From the NCBI GenBank assembly GCA_051294375.1, contig CM119265.1, positions 7,264,629 through 7,328,628 of the forward strand: DNA of 64,000 nucleotides. Direction: 5' to 3'. The stretch comes from Paraspadella gotoi. Lineage: Eukaryota; Animalia; Chaetognatha. How positions within the stretch are numbered: the stretch's first letter is position 1; the number at the start of each line of letters is the position of its first letter. The notes beneath the pieces were generated by a model. That model ran no database searches, was not told the origin of the DNA, and saw nothing but the letters and a program-made list of their open reading frames with translations. Positions 13,172 through 25,408 of this stretch are shown here, one piece after another. The position numbers and the translations under genes are program-made.

Positions 13172-16100
13172 GACTCGATGAGATTAGTTCCAACGGGGAA
13201 AATGAGTCATGACCACAGCAAGGTTTCAGCCTTTTTAATTCATTTCATTCTTTGATTAAGCGACGAGTATGGAAAGATAAGTCAATGACTCCCGACAGAG
13301 AAAAAATGGAAATTAAAATACAATAATATATATGACGCCGTAATTGAAGCGGTGGACGAGGGTATGAAGGAAAGAAGGAAAAACGGAAGGAAGGAAGTAA
13401 AGGAAGAAAGGAAAGGAAGGAAGGAAAGAAAGGAAAGAAAGAACTTTTAAAAACAGGAAAAAAATATGGAATATTTAATAAAAAAAGGGATTTAAATAAA
13501 AACGAAGTGATTTACTGACAATGAAGAAAGTAAACTAAAACTTTTAGTAAAAGCGATAAAGCCATAAATTGTTGGTGCATAAGGGAGAGACAAGAAAGAT
13601 AAAGATGAGACTAACTTGACAACAAATTTCCCTTTTGGATAATGAAGAATGGGATAACCAATAAATATGTCATCAAAAAGGCGAAGACTGATAGCAAAAG
13701 ATGAGGATGAGAATCTGACCAGATGAGAAACGCGAGAGAAAATAGGGAGTTTTAATCATCCCAAAATTAGAGTGAGCGGAATCCGATCGGTGAATCAGAT
13801 GTGTGCAGCAGATATGGCTCGGATCAAATGCAGTTCGGAGTCATAAATTTTCTTGCGAGCGCCTGTCTTTTCCAGACGCGAAACTTGAGANNNNNNNNNN
13901 AGAGAGAGAGAGAGAGAAATTACGAAAATTCGAAATGGCTGTAGTAAAAAGAAAATATTGAACTTCCTTGCTTAATTTTTTTGGGCTTCATTCCATGGGA
14001 CCTGGACGCTCTCTCAAACCTAAAAGACTTCACCAAACTCCAATCAACGAATGCAGGCTTAGACATCGGCAAAACGTCAAAGCACTTTTTTGAGAGACTT
14101 TCTATCTGCCTTCAGCTCGTGATTCAGTTGCCGCCTCATGTGGATGGAGTTGCTTGACTTTGTCCCCTCATCTCTTTTTTCCTTTTCCTTTTTTGTTCAC
14201 GTTTATTGTTGACCTAGGAACTTTTTGCAACCATTCCCGAAATTATTTGTTTGCTCTGTTATCTTTCAGGGGAAAAAAATTAAACAATTAGAAGTTTGGC
14301 GGGAAATAAAAAAAAATATTTTAAGATTTCTTAAACGACGACCGTTGATCGTCGGCAATTCTTGCGGTTGCTTCAATGTTAATCGCCAATTCGCTCATGA
14401 GCTACGTTGGAAAATAATCGAGTTTATTGTCTTTCTACTATCAGTATATCAGTCTTCCCGCTTTAGTATTACAGACCTGAATTTACGAACGAAGACTACG
14501 GACGAGGTACACATTTAGCAACCCATAACCTTAACCGAGACCGTATCGTAGAGATTCCCCGTTCGCTCCGAGCCCAAATATTTACCGCTTTATATCCTCT
14601 CGTTTTCACGGGTTGTGATTTACACGCGCGCCTATTTGTTTACGTGAAAAATTTTTATCTACGCCTCGTAAAAAATTCGCGGGGCGAAAACGAGTCGGCG
14701 CTGGGGGGGGGGGCGATGGGCGAAAGGGTGGGACTGAAAGAAAAGCAGAAAAAAAGGTAATCGAAATTATTTTGTTTGGGAACACGAATTTTTAAAAAAA
14801 GTTTATTTATTTACATCAAGGAAACATTCTATCAGAACAAAAGGGGACAAAATATTTTGAACTCAACATGATATAGTTATGATAGTACAGCACGTTTAAA
14901 TTAAAACTCCGATCGGAACAAAAGAGTCTTGAAAGAAAAGCCCGCAAAGATGGAATTATAAATGGTTTTCCAAGATGGCGTCGTCGTCACTGGGAAATTT
15001 ATTATTATTCGCTTCCCTTTTGTTTCGTCCGTCGCGAATAGGAGAAAATGAATTGGTCGGTTATTTGTTTTTGGCAAAGATGAAGGAAGGACGTCAAAAT
15101 AATACGAAACTGCCAAAACTCAAAAAGTTGGTTCGGATATCATATCGAAATTGGTACTCTGGCGAGTCGACGACTCAAAGGAGAAAGCACTTTATTAGCA
15201 AAAATACATTTTAAAATATTTTATATTATATATTATACACTGGTGGATTTCATCATTTTTATATTCCCACTCGAAGAAAATAAAAGACCGGATGGCATTG
15301 GCTTCTGGCCAATCGTATGAGACTATGGCAAAATCAGAGGTCGTTAATATTTAGGCCTGGCTTCGTTTAATGTTTCCGTTTTTAAGACGCTCGAGAGTCT
15401 TGAGACTCACGACTGCGCCAGATGTGTCGGAACCGAAAATGACTCTTTCTCTCTCTCGCTTTATCCCGCTTTCTTTCTCTCTCTCGCTTTATCCCGCTTT
15501 CTTTCTCTCTCTCTCTCCTTCCTTAGCTTGCTTTCTCTCTTTCTCGCTCGAAGTTGTAAAAAAAAGAAGGAAAATCGTGGATCTGTCGATCGTCAATCTC
15601 TCCACCTCTTCCCTGCTCCCTGAATGGTCAAAACAACATCTCGCTTCTGGCTTGGCAATATCAGTCCGGCAATGACTCGGAAAAGATGACCGAAAAGAAA
15701 AACATTTTTTTTTTTGGCGTGCCGTGACGATTTGGCCAAAAGCCGATGTTATATATGTTTTAAGATGTTTATAAATGCTTATAGGTTATGAGGTTGAGTT
15801 TTGCGTTCTGAGTTCTTACACATTCCCTCTTCTTCCAGTCACCCTCTTCTACTCTTTCTTTTTTCTTTCTTTTCTCTCTCTTTCTCTCCTCTCTCTCCTT
15901 CTCTCTCTCTGTGGTCCCTCATCGCGCGCACGACGCGAATTTCAAACCAAAAGTCATTTCCACCGCCAGGAGGTTTATGGTCTTTTGGCCTTAAACTAAA
16001 AGTGGTGGTTGTTTATATCCTTGCATCGTGAACAATAATTCTCGTCGAAAAGGGCTACTCTACACCGCAACCGAATTAATATTTTTATATCCAATTTAGT

Positions 16101-16838
16101 CGAGTGTTTTACGAGTAAAATGAGCGTGCCTCGGTTGTATCTTAAAATCGTAAGTGAAAATGGAAGGGAAATTGGCGGAAGTGGTAATGGGCGTTGGATA
16201 CATTCATCAGAACATGCTGCTTTTTAGACTCATCCATCTCGATCTCAACTGGTATTCCCGGTGAAACGTGCTCAGCGGAGCCACTTCATAATTCGCAAAG
16301 TCATTTGTCGTAGACCATTAATCGCACCAGATCCATGGAATTCCTCCGCGGTATTTACGATTTCCAACGATCTCTCCTTGTTTATCATTTTTCATCTCGA
16401 GTCACCGAACATATTCGATAAAATTAAGCCCGTCTTATATTTCACCCGGGAGAATTCTCGCCGCCATCGGCGATGGTATTTTTCGATCTATCACGGAAAA
16501 ATTGTAATATTCGAATTTTTCCGGACGGTCGAGTAATAAATACGAAGGAACGATCGTAGGTGATAAAAATTCGATGGAGGAAAAAAAAACGGCGCAGAAC
16601 AAACCGAGTCGGTTGGAAAAAAAATGTCGTTCGGTTTTTCAAGCCTTCGCTTTCGCTCATGACCCCATTTTTTAAACTTACTTGAATAAATTAGCCTAGA
16701 ATTGCAATTCCGCCTCACGTACGTAATACTCGCTCATTATTGATGGAGAGAGAAGTCGAAAATGTAAAAAAGTAAATGTATAATGTATATTTATAGTTTT
16801 ACATGTTTCCTGTTAGGGACCAACTCCAGAGATAATAT

Positions 16839-16941
16839 GTGATGGAGGCCTTAAACCACCAAAGCCTGTCCAAAGTCAGGAACAAGATAGCTTATTTATT
16901 AAATGAATGGATAATTTTTATATTGGTTGTACCAATTTCAT
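16839..16941 (-). mobile_element. Interspersed repeat family A, partial inverted copy
   Basis: The reverse complement matches the first ~100 nt of 20796-21055 and of 34818-35070. Confidence 0.75.
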
Positions 16942-16984
16942 AAAATTTCGACTATTATACGTCTTGATTAATACATTAAATATT

Positions 16985-17275
16985 ACTTGTCTTTTTTTAC
17001 ATTATGAAAATTTTTTTGACATCTTAAAATTTTTTCATGGATTCTGATAGAGCATAAAAAGTTAAACAAGAAATATAATTACAGCTTTTAAAAAATTCTT
17101 ACGTTTCCTATGTGAAAATATAAAAAAACTGATAAAATCATCAAAAGATGATGATGATGATTTTTTACGGTTTTCTTATTTTTGACTCACTTATCATGAA
17201 AATATTTAAAAAATCTGGTCTTAAAATTTAAAAATTATCAAAAAAAATATTTGGCCTTTCCTATTTATAAATAAA
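16985..17275 (+). mobile_element. AT-rich interspersed repeat family D (other copies ~18190-18375 +, ~53700-53900 -)
   Basis: Shared blocks 'ctgatagagcataaaaagttaaa', '(gat)n' and 'cacttat..aaaatat'. The reverse complement is found after SMAD4. Confidence 0.7.
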
Positions 17276-19228
17276 TATTAAAAAATTAATTATTTGGGTA
17301 TAGACTATAGAGCCATATAAGAAATGTTTTGTCCATTGAAAGTATACTTCAAAATGTATAAATTTTCGTTTGAGCATGTAATCATTCTAAATTTTTGACT
17401 CACCCCATTGAGTGGGGCTACCCCTATTCCTGTGCGCGAAAAGCAAATGAATTTTCAACGAAAGAAATTTAACCCTAGACGAGTGAATTCTGTTCACCAT
17501 CGTGAAAGACGTCTTCGTCGTCGTTGTTAACCTCGTGAATACTGAATCTCGTTTTTTCCCCGTCGGCGACTGCTTCGGCAAACGCTCGTGCAAAAGGAGA
17601 AGGCAATAAAAAACAAACATTACAGGCGGAAGAAGAAAGGACTGAATACCAATACGAAAATTCTCCGATTCTCCCCCCTAAGAATTGCATAGAACCGCAT
17701 TTCCTAAAAAAGTTTGTTATAACTGGTCTATTCTATATTTATAAATAATTAAAAATTAGTTGATTGTTAAACTTAGTCAACTTGAACCCAAGACACAAAA
17801 GTGGTTGCTGAAGATAAAGTCTACTTAGCCTACTTAGAGGCGAGCCCCTTTAAGTCTTAAATTAAGAGAAAACAAATTGTGAACGTTTATATGAATGACA
17901 ATGAATGCAATAGTGATTCTTAGTCAATAGTCAATAGTCATACGCTGTCTCTTGAAATAATTTCAGTATCTTTCTTTCTCTCTCTCTCATACTAGAAATC
18001 TACTATGAAATTAAATCAATAGGGGCGGGCTTCAAAACTTTAGTCTTGAACTTTAGTTGAAGTCTACTTTAGTTGAAGTCTACTTTTTTAAAAAAGTTCA
18101 ATTTTAATGGTTTTTTTGTTGCTATCAAAATTACAATATTACTATATTGTGTCCACAATATAATGATAAAAAATTTTTTTTAATCAATCTTAATTTTTTT
18201 TTGATGGATGCTGATAGAGCATAAAAAGTTAAATAAAAAATATAACTATAACTTTCAAAAATTTTTGTGTCTTCTTGGTCAAAATTAAGAAAAAGTAATA
18301 AATTATCGAAAGTTGATGATGATGATGATTATAAATAGTTTTTCATATTTTTCACCCACTTATGATCAAAATATCTAGACAACTTTTTGCACCTTACTGA
18401 GTTAGGCTCCCCCTACTCACACTCTCCCGCCGCATCCTGCAAGGTAGAGAGTAAACTCTCGGCAGACAACCAGGCACCGCCTTTTCCATGAAGACAAATC
18501 ACCTAAAAATGAAACGCAAAAGTTCAATTAGAAGCCTCTATATCATGCTTCTTCCCTTTCGCAGCGTCTTCAACCATCCTTTCCTATGATATTCATGACT
18601 TTTTTTGTTTTGAATTTTATCCTGTATTTATCAATTTAACTTATCACATTTGATTTGTATTTTTTCCCCTTTTCCTTATTTCGCGTGTACGTACTTTTTT
18701 CATCTCCATCCATCCATCGTTTTTTTGTCAAGTAATTTCAAGCTCACAGAGTCAGTTACTAACCAACTACTATTTGTATTATAATCGTTATTACTTGGTT
18801 AAATTGTCATTTATTAGCCGGTCGACGGTTCCGTTCAATTCTTCACAGGCAATGTAAAGAAAATCGCAGGGAATCCAGGAGGAAAAAAATATTAAAACAA
18901 CAAAATTCGCCCTTTCCTTTCCCCTTTTGTTTCTGCGTCAACTGCTTTCGAATGGCTCATTTTGTTTTTTCTTTTTTTTTTTGAGGAAGCCAAAGTGGAG
19001 AAATTCCAAGCGCGCAAGCGACATTTCGAGGGAGGGAGGAAAACCAAAGAGAAAGACCAGTTGTCTTTTTCAGACTGAACGTTTCGATTGACGTTTTTGA
19101 GAGCACACGGACAGAACAGAACAGGACGGCGCGAAAAAATATGACATGTTATGCAAAAAGCATCAATTACTGGAGTTGCCGCAAAATTGTCTCGACATTT
19201 TTTAAAATTTCGATTGAAAGAGAAATTA

Positions 19229-19455
19229 GCCTAGTTTCCAAATATAGTCTCAGTTGTGGCGAATCCTAAATTCGCCTCCCGTATAGCTTAGTAAGACTCA
19301 GCTTGTCCCATTGGCTTGGGTACCTAAGTACTCGTTCACCAACCGTGAGTTCCGTTGGATGGCGACGGTTGTTAACGTTGGATGGTGTTTATACTCGCCA
19401 GTGACATCGAGCGGTCATTGACATTGCTGGTCCAAATCCAAGAGCGCCAGCTAGA
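19229..19455 (+). mobile_element. Structured interspersed repeat family B (second copy ~47380-47625, minus strand)
   Basis: 'tggcgaatcctaaattcgcctcccgtatagcttagtaagactcagcttgtcccattggcttgg' aligns with the reverse complement of 47535-47597. The downstream 'gatggtgt..cgcc.gtgacat..ggtca..ggtcc.aa..gccagct' is also shared. Confidence 0.75.
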
Positions 19456-19746
19456 CTCCCAACCCCCGGTCCTCCCTGAATGTTTTAAAAAAATTGTTGA
19501 GATGGACAAGTCGTACAACTAATGGTTTTTTATTAATATTTCAAAAGAATACAATAGGACTCAAGTCTCATAGAAATAACAGCCGAGATAAGAAGTCACC
19601 CATATATTTATTGTTTGACTATTACAAGTTTTTCTTTCAGGCCATAGTCGTCCAGGGTGGTTAAATTCATCTTGGCGGCCGAAACGACAGCTCGAGGTCC
19701 CCCAGTACCAGTGGACCCACCAGTAAGCGATCAAGCAACAGCAGCG

Positions 19747-22700
19747 ATGGAACGTCCCGCCTATTCGAACGATGACGGAGGAACAAATCGAACGATTAAA
19801 GTTCGATCTCCCGTTATGGGTGAGGACGTTAACTTCGAGAGCGTCACCGACGACGTGAAACGAGACTCTCCACGAAACTCTGCCAAGGACGACGATGATC
19901 GTCCAACCTCCGCTCGAATCTCCAAACTTCCGCGCGGCTCCAATGTCGACGTCGAAGATGATAAGTTCCTGGGATTTCTCGCGCGCGTGCAGGGAAACAG
20001 GATCGAGTCCCAACGTTGTTCGTTGGAGAGAGAGGACGAAATTGAAGAGGCGTTGGAGGCGTCGGAGATAAACCTCGTCGACAAAGACTGCGACGACTTC
20101 CCAAAAGAAACCACCGCGGAGAACAGACTAGAAAACGCTCCTGAAAAGATCGAGACCGTCGATTCTCTCGCCGAGTCGATCCCGGACGCTTCCCGACCCT
20201 CGAATCCCCCTCGTCTTCCGCCACAGCCGGCCCGCATTCTCGACTCGCCACCGGAGAGCCCTGGCGGACCACTGTCGCCATCCCACGAAGAATTCATGTC
20301 CGCCATCGTGAACTTCCAGGCGACGCGATTCAACGACCAACGAACTCCTCTTCCGATCAAACAGAAGAGAGACACGCCCATATTCTCGTTTGCGCTGCGA
20401 AAAGGTGAGGACTGAACAGAGTTTCGTCAACACCACAAGTTGGGAGTTATATACAGCGGAAATATAGCAATTAAGATAAAGAAAAAAAAATACTTGCAGC
20501 ACTTATAAAAAATTAAAATTTGGTTAAGGTTGTGACGCATTTTCCAAATCTCAATTTCAAAATTACCTCTGAATTATTACCCCCCCTCCCGACCCCAAAC
20601 TTTTCACTTTAAAATGTTCAGAAAAACGGGAATCTCCTTTGAGCGACCGTTCAAGCGAATCGGTCAAACCCAAACGAGGTGACAGCTTCAAAAGCCAAGA
20701 TGAAGATGACGACCCTGGCACCGGAAACCAGCGACAGCGTTTTAAAGCGATGAGGTCGGAGTCGGAAATTTATATAAATAATTATATATAATATATGAAA
20801 TTGGTGCAACCAATATAAAAATTATCCATCCATTTAATAAATAAGCTATCTTGCCCCCTGACTTTGGACATGCTTGGGTGGATTAAGGCCTCCTTCACTC
20901 TTACAAGATAATGACATAGCAGGTCCCTGCACGCTTTCAGTCAAGACTCTCTCACAATCTCGTTTATTCACTCCCAGAGTTCCTGGCTTCTCTATCAATG
21001 AAGCGGTATAATATTTTAAAGAATGTTTTAATTGTATGAAAAGACCACTTCCTTATATATGAAACCGCCTCTCGTCCTGCTTCATTCAGCCAATACCATT
21101 GGCTCAGAGGGGGAACCCACCATACCAAGCGCTCCGTTCCATCCACAGTCCAAACGACTTCCATCTGTGTTAGCAAACGAGACCGTCATAGGGTAACCGC
21201 GTCAGTGTCAGGTGGCGTCACTGAGGGTCGGCTGTTGCTATAGTGGGTACTTAAAATTGCAATTTAAAATCTCAAATTGAATAATTAGGATAATGATATC
21301 TGAAAAACATTTACAGTAATAGTATAATATAATATGCAGTAGGAACCGAAAGACAGATGCCATGTATAAATAAAAAAGTGACACTCTGATTGCCGTCATT
21401 TGAGCACTTCAACTTGAAGTTCAAGTTGCTCATTGTTTAAGGTCAAAGACGGTCGGAAAGTCAGGAGAAGAGACGCCGATGAGCGAAACCGTCGTTGGAC
21501 CCCCGACGGCGTTAAAGCGAAAGAAGCCGCCTCTCCGATCGATCTCGATGTCCGCTACGCCGGCGCCCATGGCCCGAGCCGTCCCTTTGAGTCGGCGGGC
21601 GCAGAAAAAATCGTGGACGACCTCATTGGGGACGATGGAGGAGAATCTCGACGCAGACGACGAGGCGTTCTTGGAACTTATCTTCAAATCGGTGAGACTG
21701 ATTAATTGATGTGGTGTTTAAATTATCGAAGCGAAAACGTAGCCGGAAGTAACATCACAAATGCAGATATTTTCGAAATTTTCTTTAATATCACCGTATT
21801 CCAAGAGTGTGAGAAAAAAAACCGTTACTATAATTTATCGATCCCTAATTCCTTCCCCATTACCGGCAGAGTTCACGTCTGGAGACGCAAAGGGCCTCAC
21901 TGACTCGAGGACCGGGCGATGAGTTCATGTTTCAAGTCTCTCGTCTTCAGAGCGCGCGCTTCGACGATCAGCGCAGTCAACTGGCGTCCTTGGACGAAGA
22001 TGGCGCAGGAGATAATGAACTTGGTGACGCTGAGGGCGGAATGCCAGCTGGGGAAGGTGAATGTGGAATTGTGGATTGGTAGAAAGGGGAAGAGAGGAAA
22101 GTTGATGTTAATTCTTCAAAAAACGCCAATACCGCGGTCGGCGAAAGTAAAATTTAGCCAATTAGATTTTTAATGAAGTCACGATACTAAAAGATTAAAA
22201 TTTTTTTTTTAATTTAAAGTAAGAAACAAAAAATAAAATAGATTTGTATTCAAGATAGCAGTATGAAACGTACGAAAATAACCATTAGACTTGAAGTCAA
22301 CGGTTCGTGAAGAGGCTCTTGACGAATCACTCAGTTTCGTCCAACTTAGGCTTCCACGATGAATCCGTCGCCAAATCCGCGAAAGAAATTGATGGCGCTC
22401 TTGGCTGTGAAGGACGGAACGGCGAAGCGCCGAGCGCTGCCGCCGCTCTCTCCGCCAACGACAAACTGTCTGCCGGCCGCGATCCTTCAGCTTCACAGCT
22501 CGTAAACTTCGCACCATCTAATCAGCCGGCCGGGACGCCGAACTGCGACGCCGGGGGTGTCATGCCGTCCGACAGCTGCCGTTCGGCTCCGTCAAAGAAC
22601 GCCGTGACGGGTGACGCCGTCTCTGTCACCGGAACGACGCGGCAAAGGCAAAACTCGATCAATCAGTCGAAATCCAACGCGTCGGCCTTCAAACGATTCG

Positions 22701-22753
22701 TTCGCCGAACATTTTCCAAAAAAGCCAAAATGAAATCCGATGAAACGTTTTAA
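19747..22753 (+). CDS. GoLoco (GPR) motif protein with four GoLoco motifs and no TPR/RGS domain; exons ~19747-20404, 20622-20754, 21442-21691, 21870-22056, 22350-22753
   Basis: Motifs FLGFLARVQGNRIESQR, FMSAIVNFQATRFNDQR, FLELIFKS/SSRLETQR and FMFQVSRLQSARFDDQR match the GoLoco consensus. GT-AG junctions keep frame (phases 1,2,0,1). The ATG lies in gcagcgATGG context with an in-frame stop upstream. Confidence 0.8.
20796..21055 (+). mobile_element. Interspersed repeat family A (intronic)
   Basis: ~260 nt colinear and highly similar to 34818-35070. Confidence 0.85.
21064..21246 (+). mobile_element. Hairpin-rich repeat family C, internally deleted copy ending ctgttgctatagtggg
   Basis: Colinear with 54866-55110 and 55357-55593. 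Confidence 0.8.
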
Positions 22754-23952
22754 AAGTTCGAGGTTACAAATAATTTTTTTGTAAATCATACGATTTCTTC
22801 CGGGGAGGATAATACAGTGCAACCAGTTTCTATTAGATTATCTTAAATTAAATTATCTAACGAAGTATTTTTTTTGGCTTCCCACTCATGAATTAGGAAA
22901 TTGGGTAAATGGTAGTACTAGTAGAATATTTCGCAAAATATAATGGGAATCGTAGTAAAGAAGAGAGCTTCATTTCACGAAATCTGTGCCTCCCTGGGTG
23001 ACTAATTTTTCGCTGCCAGTACTAGAATCACTACCGCTGAAAAGATTATTTATATACAGTGCCATCTGCCAGCGTAGAAAGACGTCACACGTTAATTGTT
23101 TAAGGTCCGGAAGTTGACCCCTGTTAATTCTTCTACATTTTTATTTTAAATCGCATTCTAATTTATATTGACTAGACATTTTCTGTAATCAAATGAAAGC
23201 TGCGATGAGTCATAAGACCCAAATAATTTTTTTACAAAAGTATTTCTATCAATCGGTAATCATGTAATGACTTCAATTATAAAATCAGGAAAAGGAATTA
23301 TCCTCTTCAGAAACTATTACATTTAATTCTTAGTCAGCATAATAGTTACCGTTAAGCAAGTTTTACAAGGTGACACTCGACCTAACCAGCTTTAGTTTAA
23401 TCAAGGTAATAAAAATTGAAATAATAAAATCCGAAAATATTTTTTTTCAAATATTTGACCTATTTTCACTGTAATGATCTAACCAATTATTGTTTATATA
23501 GGTATCATAAAAAATGCTTTCAAAATTCAGTAGTAAAAGTTCATATTGGTTGAAAATGTTGGCATACGTACTATAAACTATAAAGAAACTCAATGGAGCT
23601 AGAAAAATCTGAAATGAAAATAATCAAACGCGCTAAAAATAATTATTATAAGTGACAGTTGTGGGTTAAAAAGCCTTACGTGAAACTATTTTTCGCGGGA
23701 ATTCCCCCAAATTTATAAAATTGTTTTCACTTCGTTCTAGCCGAAAAAAAATCGTGTTCGATATTGGTATCAAGTCATGTAATGTCAAATTGAGTAAAGA
23801 CGTCAATTCTTGTGATATCATTTGTATGCCTGATGTTTGTACTTGAATATTTAATTGGTGTTTATTTTTTCATCTTATGCTACGATTTCATGGTAAACCT
23901 CACAATAGATTTAAAAATAAATTAATCTCATCAATGAATTTTTTTTTTAATT

Positions 23953-25408
23953 TCAATAAGCAGTAGCGCCGTAACACATTTGCGAGAAAGGTGAAGCGGG
24001 ATCATAAAAATTTCCGTAAGTCTCCTTTTTGTTTTCCGACTGTTCGGGCTCCTCCGACTCTGTCTTAATGCGAGTCTCAAGTCCGTTCACTGTCCTCGAA
24101 AATTTAGTCCGGTGTTCGTAGAAGTGTTCAACTCCCTTTCGAAGCAACGCGGCCCAAACAAAATCTTCAAAACCCGATGGTTTTTGGTGCGGATCCATCC
24201 AGGGCAACCAATCGGGATAGAACCGCGGGCGACGTTTCCGGTTTTGCCAGGCGATGTCCGTCGTCGATCCGTCGCCAAGATAAGAGATTAGCGCCGTCAC
24301 GAAAACGCGGAAAAAGCCCACAGTTTCGATAGGAGAGAGGGAAGGAAGTGAGAGAAACTGTTGAAAATGGGCGGCAAAAGGATCGCTTTTCACAGGGTTT
24401 TTCAAGGAGAATCTACAGTTTTTTTTTGTGTCAGTCTCCTTGATCTGGCGCGACCCGCTGGGAATGACACAATTTGATATGGTTACACGACGTAATATAT
24501 AATATATATATTATGATATATAAAATAATAATGCGTATTGTCAGGTACCTAAGATTGTCTTGTGGTGGAATCAAATTCCTACGCTTCCACGGTTCATCAT
24601 CGCGTTGGTCGTCGTCGTCATCCTCGAAAAACATTCCCGAGTCTTCGTAGTCAAACTCGACGAGTCTTTGATTCTCCAGAAGAAACTCGCTCCTTCCCCC
24701 GTCCAGCCTTTCCGACTTGGCACGCGAAATTCGTTTCCGACCTTGATGTACATTTCGGTAGTGCGAGAAGAGATAGAGTTTGCGGGAGAAACCGCGTCCG
24801 CAGGCGGGACAGGGGAAGCGCAGTAAACCTTTTCGAGGATTTTTTTCCGTTTCTGCAGTCGCGTCGTGGACGCTGACGTCGGTTCGCCCTTCAGCGTCGG
24901 CGTTCTCAGCGTTCTTGGGATTCCGACGTGCCCGCTTAGGCTTAGACGGGGAAATAAGTTTTTGTCGAGCCCGATAACCGCGCTGCAACACTTTCTTGAG
25001 GGATGGCAAGCTCGCGATGACGGCGTCCTTGCGCTGGTCGGGAAGTGTGGAAGCAACCTCCGTGCGCACACGTTCTAGAACGGTCCTGATGGGTCGGTCC
25101 AAGTCCGCCACCGCCGCCTCTCGAAATTTGCACATGTTCTCTCGGATGTCGCAACGAAGAAAGTCCGGCGGATGGATGTGAGCCTCTAGGTTATGGAACT
25201 TGAGGTGATAGAGGCCCTCGATGAGTTCGCCGTCGACGGCGGCGCTGGCTGTGCATCTATACTTAGTCGCGGGATCGACGTATCCGCACCTGAAGTAGGT
25301 CGTGTTGCCCCTCCGACGATTCAAAAACATCACGAATCCCCGATGGAGTAACTGTGGAGTTCCTTTGGAGGAAGATATGACCTTGGGCGTGGAATCCGCT
25401 TCATCCAT
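23953..25408 (-). CDS. FLYWCH zinc finger + C2H2 finger + NRF1/EWG-like DNA-binding domain protein; exons 25408-24549, 24412-23953
   Basis: FLYWCH pattern SSKGTPQLLHRGF..TYFRC..CTAS..HIH. C2H2 finger CPACGRGFSRKLYLFSHYRNVH. A phase-2 GT-AG intron (24548-24413) joins the two ORFs in frame. Exon 2 has WQNRKRRPRFYPDWLPW..WAALLRKGVEHFYEH. Confidence 0.75.

Noticed and set aside
19561-20502. Antisense ORFs over the GoLoco exon (likewise over PKN, DONSON, MBD and SMAD4 exons)
   Set aside because: Shadow ORFs expected from GC-rich codon usage, with no motifs.
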